Shown piece by piece: positions 50,001 to 63,900 of a stretch of 64,000 nt of DNA (position 1 is its first letter; every line of letters starts with the position of its first letter). Made by a program: the position numbers and the translations under genes. The notes under the pieces were generated by a model, which was given only the letters and a program-made list of their open reading frames with translations, did no database searches and was not told the origin of the DNA. The stretch covers positions 8,866,001 to 8,930,000 of the forward strand of contig CM060734.1 of the NCBI GenBank assembly GCA_030704615.1. Reading direction: 5' to 3'. Origin of the DNA: Takakia lepidozioides (lineage: Eukaryota; Plantae; Bryophyta).

Positions 50001-53000
50001 ACGAACTTCGGACTCACTTCCGGAGGTAGTCGGAAATTCTTGATGTTCAACCAGACCTCTGTGCCTCCTCAAACTTCACTTCCCTCCGCTTCGATTCGCC
50101 TGCCTTTCATACCGTTTCCTAGCTTTGGCAATATTGTACTTTGCGAGCTTCAACAAACGCTCGCGTTCTTCCAGTACCGCCGCTACTGCCGGTTCCTCAA
50201 CGTCCTGGGCGGCCCCCAACTTGTCGGCACCAGAGGTGCTTTTCCATAGACCAATACGAAAGGGGAAACTCCCGTTGCGGAGTGTTCTGTTATTATAACA
50301 AAACTCTGCGCGGTCTAAGTGTTCCATCCAGTCTGATTGGTCTGCCGACACGTAATTCCGCAAGATTGCTTCACTACGGAATTCACTCTTTCCGTTTGGC
50401 CGTCCGTCGTAGGTCGGAAGGCGGTGCTCATCTTCAGCCTCGTCCCCATCTTCTTCCAAAGTGCCTCCAAATTTACTCGTAAACTTTGGATCGCGGTCCG
50501 AGACAATATCCTTCGGGACTCCATGATGCTTTAAGACGTGGGCGAAAGTAAAGTCGCCTGTCTCCTGCGCCGTTGCCGTCTCCTTGGTGGGGATGAAATG
50601 GCCCATTTTACTGAACCTATCCACCACCACCATGATTGCATCGAATCCTTTTGACAGCGGCATAGCAGTCATGAAATCCATCGAGACGCTTTCCCAAGTC
50701 CCCTCTGGAATCGGCAAGGGTTGTAACAGCCCCGCTTGCTTTTTGTACTCGCTCGGTTTTTGTTGGCATGTGGTGCATGTCTTGACATACTCCTCTGCCT
50801 CCTCCCTCAGTTTGGGCCAGAAATACTCTTTCTTCAAGAGTGCCGCAGTGCGCTTGGCTCCGCCGGTGGCCCGCAAGCGGGCTATCATGGCATTCTCTCA
50901 AGAGGCTATCTCTGATCCCTCCCTTCGGCACGTAGAGACGTTTTGCTTATACCGGAGCAGTCCATTTGCAAGTGGAACTGCGATTAACCCCATCCTCAAG
51001 TCCTGCATCACGGACTTCGCCAGCTCATCCTTCCGGCAAGCCTTCCGGATCTTCCTTTGGAGCGCCGTCTCGCCCTTGTACACCAACAAGAGCTGCTGCT
51101 TTCTACTTAAAGCATCGGCCACCACGTTGTCCCGTCCCGGTTTGTACTGGATATCCACGTCGAACACCGCCAAAGTATCTTGCCACCTAAGTTGTTTTGG
51201 GGACAACTTGGGCTGCGTGGCAAAATACTTCACCGTGACATTGTCCCGTGAACACCTTCACTGGGTTGGAACCAACATAGTGGCGCCAAAGCTCAAGGCA
51301 ATGCACCACCGCCTTCATCTTTTTAGTGCGTCGGCCACCGTCGCTCCACTTTCATTCAGTCTTACTTTCGTAAGCCACTGGACGTCCATCTTGCATCAGT
51401 ACACCCCCCAATCGCGAAGTCCGACGCATCTGTATGATATCGAACGGACGATCGAACTCCGGGATTTTCAAGACTGGAGCTTCCGCCATCCGCTGCTTCA
51501 ATTCAGCAAAGCTTGGCCACAAAAGGTGTTCCATGCCCAGACTTTAGATTTACACAGAAGGTCCGACAGCGGCCCCCGCGATCTTGGCGAAATTTCTCAC
51601 ATACTTCCGGTAATAGGAGGCGAGTCCTAGGAAGGATCGCACTCTCGGGACCAAAGTCGGAGGCTCCCAGTCCAAGATCGCCCTCACCTTTTTTCTCCAT
51701 TTTGATCCCATCCTGTGTAATCACATGCCCCAGGAACTCCACTTTTGTGACCCCGAATTCGCACTTTGAAGCTTTGGCATACAGCTTCCCTTCCGCAAAT
51801 TTTTGGAACACCCTTTTGAGGTGCTCCAGGTGCTCCTCCTTTGTTTTCGAGTACACCAAGATGTCGTCGATGTACACGATCACAAAGTCATCCAACCACT
51901 CCTGGAAAAAAGCTGTTCATCAGCGTGCTAAATGTCGCTGGTGCATTGGTGAGCCAAAAGGCATCACCAAGAACTCATATGAACCATACCTTGTCCTGCA
52001 CGCGGCTTCTCCTCATCTCCTTCCGCCACCGAAATTGGTGATAGCCGGAGCGCAAGTCGATCCGGCTGAAAAATACTTCGCTCTGCCAACCGATCGAAGA
52101 GGTCGTCGATCCTTGGCAAAGGGTACCGGTTTGATAGTCACCTTATCAGAGCCCTGTAATCGACACACATCCGCACGTCCCATCCTTCTTGTCTGCAAAT
52201 AGCACCGGGGCTCCGTAAGGTGACTTACTCGGCCGGATGTACCCCTTGACATTAGATCCTTGAGCTGAGTCTTCAGCTCGACCAAACTCTCTGTGGCTCA
52301 ACCGGGTGCCCTTGGCAGGCGGTTCCGATCCCGGTATCACCTCAATCTTGTGGTCAACTCCTCTTCGCGGTGGCAAGCCGCTTGGTAAATCCTCCGGCAT
52401 CACATCCTGGTATTTCTCAAAATCCCCTTGATCCAATCTGGGCTCGGCTCCCCATGCCTTCTCCTTTTCTCTAATGTAAAGCAAAAACTGGGGCTCGTGT
52501 GCCTCCTCCACGGCCCACTCCTTGCTGACAGAAGGTTTATTCGCCCTCCACGGATTTGGGCGTTCCGACACTCGTAAAACCTCGCCACCATTCCCACAGG
52601 CAGCGTGACACTCTCTTGCGGCCATCTATGACCGCTCCGGATTTGCTCAAAAAGGTCATCCCCAAATGAGATCCACTCCATCGATCTCGCAGATGGTGAA
52701 GTTCTCACGTCCCTCCAACCCCCAGTTGAAGAGGAACATCAACGCCAACTTGTCGCCAACTGTGGTTCTCCTTTGGCAGAACGCACCTCAATAGAGGCCC
52801 CCACGTCACTTGCGGGAGTCCCAACTTTTGCGCCGCCGGTGTTGTCATGAAGGAGTGCGACGCCTCCTGTGTCAACCAACAACACATTAGTTCCGGATAT
52901 TATCCCATCCACGAACAATAAATGACGCCCTTTACGCAGGCGCCAGTTTCCTGATACAACTAACAAGAATATTTGCCTACCTTGCAAGTCCTGGCGACCA

Positions 53001-56000
53001 CCGCTTCCACCAAGCGACTGATGGTATCTTCCGACAGCTCCGTGGTGCGAGTCATGTTCAATTGTCGGGGTTTGTGCACTTCTTGGCCATGTGCCCAGGG
53101 CTCCCCGCAATTGAAACACACTCCTCAAAGGTCGCCTTCTGTCCGCCAAAGCCGCTCCACCCGCTTTTCCTTTCGAAGCACCGGGTGCCGCCTTGACGTG
53201 TGAAGGCCCTCCTTCGATTCCACGTGCCATGTCGCCGAGTGGCCTATCCCACTTCTTTTCGGTCGGAGGAGTCACCTTCCGCCGGGTCTTCTTGTGGTTT
53301 CAGCTCCGTACGGCCTTGTCTTCACCCCTAGGGACATCTGAGAACATTCAGCCCTCTCAATTGCCTCGTTCAAATTGGGTGGGCTCCTCCAACTTCCGCC
53401 CGGCCCATGTGGGCCCCCGATGAATCATCTGTTTGCTTCAAATTCCTCATCTTGTCCCGGGCAAGCCAGGACGCGTTGAGGGGCACAAACTGTTTCTTCA
53501 TCAATTCCTTGAACCCACTCCAGTTCAAGGTTTCCGGGCTTGGCCTCGGTCGTGAAGGCGTTTCTGCCACCATTGTTGAAGCATAGCCCCTCAAATAGGT
53601 GGGAGCCAATCCACCGATCCTGTCACTCAACTTGGCCGCCCGGAAGTACTGCTCTAGCTCCAAGAGCCAGGTGTTGAGTGCCTTTCCGATTTCGGACGCC
53701 CTCGAAGGTGCCGGGTTCCTTAGGCTTCACCTTAAACTTGCCTTAGGGAAGTGGGCATTAGCGCCTTCAACACGTATTTCAACGTCCCGCCAAACGCCAA
53801 CAACCCCCCCTTCCCCAAAAGGCTGCCGGTTATGGGAGGCATTCTTGTGTCGGAGCCTCTCAAGGATTATTCCTTGGGCTCCAACTCCTGGATTCCTCCC
53901 GCTCTTGGGCGGCCTCGTTTTCGGAAACATGCATCGCTTCCTCAAACGGCCGCCTCGGTGACACGCCGCCCCCATCGGGCTCACCGGGATCATCATCTTT
54001 TGGGCCGTTCCGCTTTTGCTTCGGCTTGCCCGACCCCATGATGAGGCCAATCCCAAGGACGATCGCGTACTGAACTCTAAGCTCTGATACCAAGTGTCGC
54101 GCACCTCACTTCGGTAAACTCCCCTTTAAGTCATAGTTACTCGCTTGATGCGCGCGCCTGACTCCCAACCTGGCCGCCGGGCCAACTTGGAGCTTCGGCT
54201 GCTCACCGGGACATAACGGTCCCCCTTCGCTTCCCTCTAAAACCCTCCACCTAATTGGGACTAGGAGAATTCCCTTTGGTAGATGGCAGTCCGGAACAGC
54301 TCCCCACTCTTTGGTCGCTTTCCGGCTCGCTCGCTTACTCACTAGTTTTTGGTCACCAACGGGCTTGCACCGTTCTCGGGGTACTACTCCCTATATATAC
54401 TTCTGTAACTGTCCGCGGGGGTTCCACAACCAGCCATGCCATTTTATGGCGAACCACCACGAAAACCCTCGACTCCCGGTGATGAGTCGCGGTGAGTCTT
54501 GGCCCGCTCACCACGGCCCCTATGGACCGTGATGAGTCCCAACTCCCCACGACTCCCCCACGAGTTCGTCCGCCCCCATGGTGAGTCCTATGCCACCCCC
54601 ACTAAGTCCCGCTAACTCCACCACCCCTTGTGGAGCCACCACCCCCCCGCAACCCGTGTTGGAGGCCCACCTATTGAGCGCCTCCGCCCCTTGAGTGGCC
54701 TTGGGCCACAAGGGTGCTTCAGCCCCCCCCTACCTATCGCTGCCGCGCTGCCCACACCATAGGGGCAACCCCTCATGTGGTCCCGACCCCCCCGCCGCCC
54801 TCAATCAAAGGGCCGCGACAGGAGGGATCAGAGATAGCCTCTTGAGAGAATGCCATGATAGCCCGCTTGCGGGCCACGGCGGAGCCAAGCGCACTGCGGC
54901 ACTCTTGAAGAAAGAGTATTTCTGGCCCAAACTGAGGGAGGAGGTAGAGGAGTATGTCAAGACATGCACCACATGCAACAAAACCGGAGCGAGTACAAAA
55001 AGCAAGCGGGGCTGTTACAACCTTTGCCGATTCCAGAGGGGACTTGAGAAAGCGTCTCGATGGATTTCATGACTGCTATGCCGCTGTCAAAATGATTCGA
55101 TGCAATCATGGTGGTGGTGGATAGGTTCAGTAAAATGGGCCATTTCATCCCCACCAAGGAGACGGCAACGGCGTAGGAGACAGGGCGACTTTACTTTGCC
55201 CACGTCTTAAAGCATCATGGAGTCCCGAAGGATATTGTCTCAGACCGCGATCCAAAGTTTACGAGTAAATTTTGGAGGGCACTTTGGAAGAAGATGGGGA
55301 CGAGGCTGAAGATGAGCACCGCCTTCCGACCTACGACGGACGGCCAAACAGAAAGAGTGAATTCCGTAGTGAAGCAAATCTTGCGGAATTACGTGTCGGC
55401 AGACCAAACAGACTGGGTGGAACACTTAGACGCGGCAGAGTTCTGTTATAATAACACAGAACACTCTGCAACGGGAGTTTCCCCTTTCGTATTGGTCTAT
55501 GGAAAAGCACCTCTGGTGCCGACAAGTTGGGCCGCCCAGGACGTTGAGGAACCGGCAATAGCGGCAGTACTGGAAGAACGCGAGCGTTTGTTGAAGCTCG
55601 AAAAGTACAACATTGCCGAAACGGTATGAAAGGCAGGCGAATCGGAAGCGGAGGGAAGTGAAGTTTGAGGCAGGCACAGAGGTCTGGTTGAACATCAAGA
55701 ATTTCCGACTACCTCCGGAAGTCAGTCCGAAGTTCGTACCTCCGTATGCGGGACCCTTTCGCATTCGGAAGGTCATGAATGAGGATGTGTATGAATTGGA
55801 GCTGCCGGCAAACAGCAAGGTGCACCCAGTATTCCATGTCTCCCTTTTGAAGCCTTACTTCAAAGATGAAGCGCGTCCGAATCGGCATCAAGTGTTGCGT
55901 CCGCCACCTATGCTGTTGGATCATGAAAATGAACCTGAGTACGAGGTGGAGGCAATACTTAAGTCGAGGAGGTTCAAGAACCGAGAAACGGAGTATCTCG

Positions 56001-57752
56001 TCAAATGGAAGGGCTATCATCAGGTGGAGGCATCTTGGGTGCGTGCCTCAGAAATGGGAAACGCATCCGAGGCGGTTGCAGTTTTCGAAGGGCGACCTCA
56101 AAAGCGGAAGAAGCGTTGATGGGGACATCAACCTTGGAGCGTGGGGGAGGAAATGCATGCTTAGCCCGGCTTAGCTAGCTTATGAATCCGATTGCAAAAA
56201 CTTGTATTGTACAAAACGTGCTATAAATGAAATGGCTTCCAAATGTTGTGCGTCCTATTTTGTTTGGAATGGTGATGCATGGTATGGTTGGCTAGTGTGT
56301 AGAATGCATGCTAGCTTATAAAAGTGGGAGAGGTAAATTGGGTTAACCGTGTGTTTGCGTAGTGCCGAAATCGGGTGACCCCCATCCAAGGGGCAAGGAA
56401 ACTTGTGCCTTCTTTGGGAGTTCACGTGCTAGTGCGCACCTGGCACGTGCGCGTACTATAACTGCGCTACCGAGAGGGTTGCCTTGTAGTGCGGGCTAAC
56501 GCGGAAGCTACGTGCTTCCGTTCACGTACTATAATCGTGTAGCCTCGGGACGAAGTCGTAGTGCGGCTTCGGCGTGTTCCCGTACCTCAGGCCAGCATTC
56601 CAAGGCGGACCCAATTGTAGTGATTGGGGCGCACGGTTGGTTCAAGGTTATCTTCCTAGTCAAAGAGGGTTCCAGGTGAATCCTTGCTCAAGGTGATGCC
56701 AAAAGCGGCATCATGAGTGGTCGCAAGCAATGTTGTTGCAGTAAGGCGATTCGATCCTCGGGGAGGATCGTTCCTTGGCCTTGAAGTAGGCCAAGAAGAG
56801 TGCACTGGGAGGAGCTTGAGAGGCTCCACCCTTGGCTGGGACTTGGAGGAAGTCGGCCGAACTAGCTAGTGGAGAGTAGAGTCAAGTGTGGGGTTTGGTT
56901 CTTTGCCATGGGACGCCATGGTACGGAAACAAACTCCTTGATGTGGGACGCCACAACTTGGATGTTCGTTTCTACAAAATGGACAAGTCGATGAGGACAT
57001 CGACTCCCTGTTGGTAGGGGTGTGTGTCGCGCCCCTTTGCCTTGAGGGCAGGGGGGGTCGGGACACGTGAGGGGCTGCCCCTGTGGTGGGGGCAGCGGCA
57101 GCGATAGGATGGGGGGGCTGAAGCACCCTTGAGTGCCCAAGGCACTCAAGGAGGCGGAGGCGCTCACTAGGTGGAGCCCCGCACACCGGGTTGCGGTGGG
57201 GGTGGCTCCACAAGGGGTGGTGGTAGCTTAGCGGGACTTAGTGGGGGTGGCATAGGACTCACCATGGGGGCGGAGACCTCGTGGTGGGAGTCGTGGGGAG
57301 TCTTGGGACTCATCACGGTCCATAGGGGCTGTGATGAGTGGGCCAAGACTCACCGCGACTCATCACCGGGAGTCGAGGGTTTTCGTGGTGGTTCGCCATA
57401 AAATGGCATGGCTGGTTGTGGAACCCCCGCGGACAGCTACAGAAGTATATATAGGGAGTAGTAACCCCGAGAACGGTGCAAGCCCGTTGGTGACCAAAAA
57501 CTAGTGAGTGAGCGAGCGAGCCGGAAAGCGACCAAAGAGTGGGGAGCTGTTCCGGACTGCCATCTACCAAAAGGAATTCCACTAGGCCCAAATAGGTGAA
57601 GGGTTTAGTGGGGGAGCGAAGGGGGACCGTTATGTCCCAGTGAGCAGTCGAAGCTCCAAGTTGGCCCGGCGGCCAGGTTGGGAGTCAGGCGCGCGCATTA
57701 AAGCGAGTAACTATGACTTGAAGGGGAGTTTACCGAAGTGAGGTGCGCGACA
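44076..57752 (+). mobile_element. Galadriel-like chromovirus E3 (contains E4)
   Basis: 5' LTR ~44076-44776 with an altered outer end. PBS TGGTATCAGAGC at 44779-44790. gag-pol at 44875-48009 and 54821-56119. PPT ~57014-57024, 3' LTR 57025-57752. Confidence 0.93.
48010..54820 (-). mobile_element. Galadriel-like chromovirus E4 nested in E3 pol
   Basis: LTRs 48010-~48719 and 54095-54820. PBS at 54092-54081. 5-bp TSD GGAGG at 48005-48009 and 54821-54825. Confidence 0.95.
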
Positions 57753-58649
57753 GAGTGGGGGCGAGCAGGTGAGGACCACGGGGTGCAGACATCCATGGTA
57801 CACGTGGGAGGTGCTCGAGGTTCAGAGGGAGTTGGCAGCCAAGGCGGCGGTGATGGATGAGGTTGGGGATTTTTCTCGGGTTGAGGAAGTCCTCGAGGAT
57901 GAGATGATGGGGCAGGCTGAGGCCTTGTCATTGACTGAGCAGGCATGGAGTACTGCCCAAGAGGTACTGGACGCGTCCTCTACCTCTAAGCCCACTAGAC
58001 TTTAAGGTTGCAGTTACGGAGGACAATTGGGAGCCTGACATTGGACCCATTGTCACCGGAGGAGAGAGACGACGTATACGGTGGTTCCTGAGGGCTTACA
58101 GGAATTGCTTTGCATTCAGTTTGAAGGACTTGGGAGCACTGAAGGGTCAAGAGATTCGTATTGAGTTGGCCATTGACACGCCAATCTTTCGGAGACCCTA
58201 TAGATACAGTGACATGGAGAGGTCTTTGATTCAGATGAGGACTCAAGATATCTGGGAGGCTGGTTTGGTGGAGCTCTCTGGTGGAGAGTATGCTTCAGCC
58301 ACAGTGATGCCAGCCAAGAAGGATGTCTATGGCAATTGGACGGAGAGACGTATGTGCGGTGATTACCGGTCTGTAAATCGTCAGACCAAGTCTGATAAGT
58401 ATGCCATGCCCACACCGGAGGAGATCTTTGATGCCATTGGGCATGCTAAGGTCTTTAGGATCGCATCACAGTGGCAACCACAGATGAAGGCTGGAATTCC
58501 ACTCTGAGGGATCCAGGGAAGAGTCCAGTCCACATATGGGGATCAGTACATCAGAGGTATTTAAGGTGCTTTATTCATTGAATGGAAAAAATGTGTGTTC
58601 TGGTGCTTTACAATATATATATTCTCACACAATTGGCCCCTCTGTGCAG

Positions 58650-59590
58650 TACGCCATGTACACTCTCATGGTCTTCGATATGTGGCTCAACGACATCCCT
58701 GTTGCATACATCATCTCTTCCAGAACCCAAGCTACTGATTTGACTCGTTGGATGTTTGCTCTTCGCCAAAGGATGGAGGCTACTCAAGCGGATTGGCGTC
58801 CTAATGCGTTCATCGTCAACGATGCGGATGCCGAGATCAATGCCATAGGGTCAGTCATGCTGCCCTTCCTTCCCATGACCTGTGCATGGTTCACCTGAGT
58901 CCTTCCCTGCATGCCACATTAGGGGGATGAGTTTGCAGGATCAGATTGGGGGATGAGTGAGGGGGATCTGTCACATGGATTGCCTCCTTACGGTGCTTTG
59001 TGGATGTCTCAACAGAGAAACCTTTATGGGTGTGCCCATTTTCCTGTGCCTTTGGCACGTTCAAAAAGCATGGTTGAAAAATGCCATAGAAAAAATCAAG
59101 GATGCCCAACTCTGGTCCGACGTCTCGCAAAGTATGGGGACATAATGTACAATAAAGGTGGTCCCATTGGGCAATCCTCCCAAGCATAAAATGTATTCCA
59201 ATTGTATGGGTAGAAAGTAGAGAGAGAGAAAAGACTCCGGCCAAAGCCGGCGTAACTAAGAGCCACTTTGCCTCACGGCTACTGCCCCCTTTCGAGGGTG
59301 GGCCCTATGTTAGAATGTAAATACCCTACAGCGGCATTGTTTTTCCACTACATTCACACATGGTGGATTCCTAAAGTAGGCATGTGGGTGGTTGGAGCTC
59401 GCAACATCCCACATGCTGGCCAAGATACAAATGCGGGGATTGAGGCCTAGCATTGCAACTTGAAGAGGCGATTGTCCCAAACCCGAGAGAAGATGGATGG
59501 ACGTCGGCTGGATTGGTTGGTGCACATACTCACAGGCAGACTCTTGACCCATTACTGGTACATTTCTAACCTCAAAGTTGAAGGCTTTCC
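58650..59590 (+). pseudogene. MULE/Mutator-type transposase remnant (intron-containing)
   Basis: YTLMVFD...IPVAYIIS; AFIVNDADAE; FLCLWHV; QDTNAGIEA*H.NLK; RRLDWLVHIL..HYWY. Contains in-frame stops. Confidence 0.75.
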
Positions 59591-60913
59591 GCTTGGGCTG
59601 GGGGGAGTCCTCTGGGATCGGCGGAGATGAGGCCATGTGGCGTGAGAGGGGACGGTGGGGATGGGGGTGGGGGGGATTTGACATGGGGTGCTCCCCCTTG
59701 GGGGGGGGGCTCGTCGGCTGTACCTCATGGGCCGTACCTGTCAGCTCACGCGTGCGCCATAAAATCAAGCCACATCAATATTGGGACCGCTGAAGTTCTG
59801 GACTTAGAGATGACCCGTCCACCCGGCAGCCCTCAAGCTCCCCACCAAACCCACCCTCTCGCATCTTCTTCCTACCCCCTGCATCTTTCTGTATTTTCTT
59901 CATGGCTCCTGACCATTACTGTCTTCTCACCTATCACCTTAAGATCTCTTTCTTCACATTCACTTCACAATTTTCTGGATTCGCCCTCACTATGCAGTTT
60001 GCTCTTGCAGTTTGCATGGTCATGGGGAGGTTTCCCTACTGTAAGCCTTCACGGCATTACTGGTGGTTTTCCACCTTCTGCAATGAATTTGTGAGCCTCT
60101 CACTTTAAAAAAAAAGAAAAAAAGAAAAAAAAAGCAACATGCACCCTTTCTTAGGAAAAGACACATCTACCAAAATGACAAAGTAGAATCAAAATTTGAG
60201 CTTGAAGGGCCTTTGGCCACTTCATTTTCCCAGTGAATTGCCTTGATTTTGCTCGTGTTGTGTGTAGTAGTAGTTTCCTCAGAAAGATGAGTTTCGGAAA
60301 ACAAACCTTAAGGGCCAAAAGAGGTGCAGTGAATCAGCCGGTGATACTGGAATGTAGGGTCAATGTCTTTTTTTTACACACAAATGGCAGATGTTCGACA
60401 CTATGTTTCCAGCTGACAAACATTACAGATTACTTATTGCTAGCATTCACACAAAGTCCTCCCACGAGGCAAAGACTCGACAATCCTACGTGAAAAGAAA
60501 AACATTGGTGTGACTGAGAGACTGAAAATGTCAGGGGGTCAAGACATGATTGAAGAAACAGCATCCAGCCTTGCTCACTAGCTGTGCCTGTAGATCCAAA
60601 CACAGGACACACCCTGCCTCAACAGCCAGACTCCCAGTACCAACAAATCCCTGCTCAGACGAAGAAGGGAAAAATTGGACAAGGAGAAAGGCTGTTATTT
60701 TTCCATCACAACAGATCTTGCTTCCCTCAGGTGGACTACCAACAACAAACAAAGTCAGGCGGAAGGTCGATTAGCTTTCATTGAGATGTGTAACAGACAA
60801 ATATTGAAACATTTGAACACAAACGCAATTGCCCTTGCTATGACATCGGCGCATGTATGACATTGGCGTGTGTGCCCGGGGTGCCCCAACTTCTAAAAAG
60901 CACGGGAAGCTGA

Positions 60914-63900
60914 CTAGTGCTGAGAAGGCAACTGTGGTCTTTTCTCCAGCATCTCGTAATGCAGCACAAAGTTCTCCTGAGGGCACCCACATCATGCCAA
61001 GTCACTACCCTCCCCGTATAATTCATTTTCACCCCTCAAACTTGATTTCTATACCTGGTAATGGACTGACATGCCCAGTACATCTGGAAGCTTCAGTTTT
61101 GAAATGCAGAACTTGAACGAGACAAGACAACAGAACTACATGGGCACCGTGAGACACCTCAATCTGACATATTGATGGAGAGGTGCAAATCAGCACAAAA
61201 TCAGTGACAAAAATGAAGCCACCACAATATCCAGACATTGATGGAAATCCAGAGGGTGCTGTGTACCCCCCCCCACAGTTGCTGCAGATAGCCCTCAGAG
61301 AACCTTGAAGTATGGCAGCAAAGGTGGGAGGGAAAAAGGTAGTTGATACACCATGAGTGAAAACCAGAGAAGTGTGAAAGCATAACAGGGAGCATACCTT
61401 GCGCCCTGATTCCCATGTACTGTGATCAAAAAAGTAGAAGGAGCCCCGCTCGTATGTGTTTGTCTTCACTGTTGGTTCCCCATTGGGAACACGAGTTAGC
61501 CACTGCTTGTGTTCTTTATGATAAAACCAGCCTCTGTTACACCTGCAGTGCACAACAAGGATACCATCTTGACCACCAACTTTCAAGAACTCATAACCCA
61601 CCCCTACATAGAATACAGATATATCGTAAGAGCACCCCCTCCACACACCCCCCCACCTTGCTGAATTGCAGTAAATGGATAATCATACACAGAACCTACA
61701 AAAGATTAGTTGGTGAGGGAGAGCACACTCTAGGAGAAACCCAGAAACTCGTCCATGGTGAGGGAAAGCAGCTGCTAAGAAATTCACAGAGAAAGGTTGC
61801 TACTTACAATTCATCAGCGGCATACAGTTGCGCCTCATCATTAGGCATGCTGCACGGAACCAGCAGCAGATGACAAACCCTTAGATAACCAACTGAGGTC
61901 TTATGTCAATGATCCCTCCCCTATTTTCCTCCCCTAAGGAAAAGAGTCTTTTGCAATGAGCCAGAAAGATTCCTGGCGGCCAAACTTACCCCTATAAATA
62001 TTCACAAACAAAAGATTGAATATCAAGACAAACCAAAGCAATTTTAGGTGTCCAGAGAATGATTATTCCCTGGTGAGCAGACCACTGCCACATCACGACG
62101 GAAAGACATTACTGTAATCTCCACCAAAAGACTGGGAACCAAAAATATTTGAAGCATAGAAGAATGCCGCTAGACTAAAAGCAGGCGATAAGGATCATAG
62201 TACCCAATTTGTACCTGTAGAAAATGTAGAACAGAGTATCTTGCTGAAACTTAGTGAAATAGCCAGGCTGTAGATACACCACACAAGAACCCCAATTAGA
62301 AGTGATACATTTTTGTGCCCAAAAACATCCTGAATTTAAGCTCAAAATAGAACATGCTTTAATGGACAAAGGAAAAAAACCATGAGTTTTTCGCGAAATG
62401 CAGAGAAACTACATAAGCAGCCTTTCGAAAAATCTGTCAGACGTTCTCATGTTGTACTTCCGTTTTCGACAGCAAAACTCCAAGCAGCCACTCCAACCGC
62501 AAACCGGTTTTTGTTTGATAAATCTTTGATTTACAATAACTCCGTAAGATCTCTCCAGGCTATGCTTTAAAGTCCCACTGTGCTTGCGTAACCAGTTCAA
62601 GTCCCAGGGGATACAATCACAGCACGATCTCTTCATTGCTTTGCAAGTTGATAGAGAACCTTACATGAATAAATAAAACCACTAAATGCTCAAAGATAAT
62701 CTACTTTATGCCAGGGCCACATTTCAAAAAGGTTGACTGATGAAGGGCATACCTGCAATCGGGGGGCTTGTTGGACATAGCACTGAGGTAGCGTGAACTC
62801 GGGCTCACCCCTGGTGGGGCCTTCAGCCCATGGCGATGCAAAGGTTTTGTACAAGTTTTCTCTTGAGTTGAGGTTAAGTCCTAAAGTGGTGAGATCAGTC
62901 CCCAAGGCTAGTGTTGTCAGGTCAGGGTCACTCATCCTTATTACACTTAACAAACCTAGCAATCCAAACCGGTCTGGTGATGCTGCCACCCCTCCCTGCT
63001 GCAGGGCCTTCAACGACTCTCTGGCAGACTGCCCCAGTTGCTGCTGCTCATGACCAGCCCCTCCTACTCTCAACTGTGCTCGATGGTAATGATGCACTAG
63101 GTCATATGATCCCAACCCTGCTGGCCCCGTAACCCCTCCACCTGATCGACGGACTTGTCCTCCCCCAGCCCCGGGTGGTCCTACTGTCTGTACCTGCCAT
63201 TCCATTTGCAACATGGAATTTAGGATTCTGATGAATATACCAATACACGACATGGATTGCAAATTCATAACCCCCATCTCACAAAGACGTGAAGTGACTT
63301 GAAAAGCACCAACACTAAGACGTACCATGCACGATATGGGCCATTGTTGACCAGACATCATTGAAGCTAATGACTAAAGATTAAAAAAAGAACCAAACAA
63401 AAAATGAGACCTGGCCCTGTTTGACCACCCCCTCTAAATGAACTCAAGAAGGGCACCAGAGTATTAGGAATATATGCTAATGTAACCACTCCTTTATCTG
63501 CACCAGAATAAGATTGCTTTTAGCTTTGTCACTAATATATATTGAGATGACTTGGCAGTAACCACAAAGAAAAGTGGCTCTTACTGAGGCTGGTTTCCGC
63601 CGGAGTATTTTGCTCAGGAACGAACCTCAAGCAGAACATTTTGGTTGGTCCAAGCTGGGATACCATAGAGCTTCTCAAGGTCTGCATTGACTGTGACAAA
63701 TTGATGTGTATGAATGTTTAATACATCAACACATAGTAGCTTTCTTACCTGAGAGTGGTAAGAAGCTGACAGGCCATGTGATGATGGGAAAGAGTCGGTG
63801 ACGCTGGCATGTAAGTGCTGCACGTCAGAGGCGTTCATGGAGGCCATCGATCCCGAGGCCACCATGCCCACCGACTGCGGGACCACCAATTGCCGGTGCA

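Larger units (their letters stand above)
33498..58458 (+). mobile_element. Second DNMT-bearing Gypsy copy (M2): 33498-37102 and 57753-58458, split by the chromovirus cluster
   Basis: Colinear with the reverse complement of M1 from gag to mid-RT. Protease LLDSGA at ~35635, DNMT at 36346-37102, RT RMCGDYRSVN at ~58350. Truncated at both ends. Confidence 0.92.

Noticed and set aside
37103-54820. Abundant frameshifts read as old age or programmed frameshifting
   Set aside because: The indels are mostly 1 bp, differ between copies and cluster in homopolymers, while substitutions between paired LTRs are few. They are more likely unpolished long-read errors.
31758-59590. SWIM gene and MULE remnant as halves of one MuDR transposase split by an inversion
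   Set aside because: They are on opposite strands with no matching breakpoints, and the SWIM gene's upstream sequence does not resemble a MULE C-terminus.
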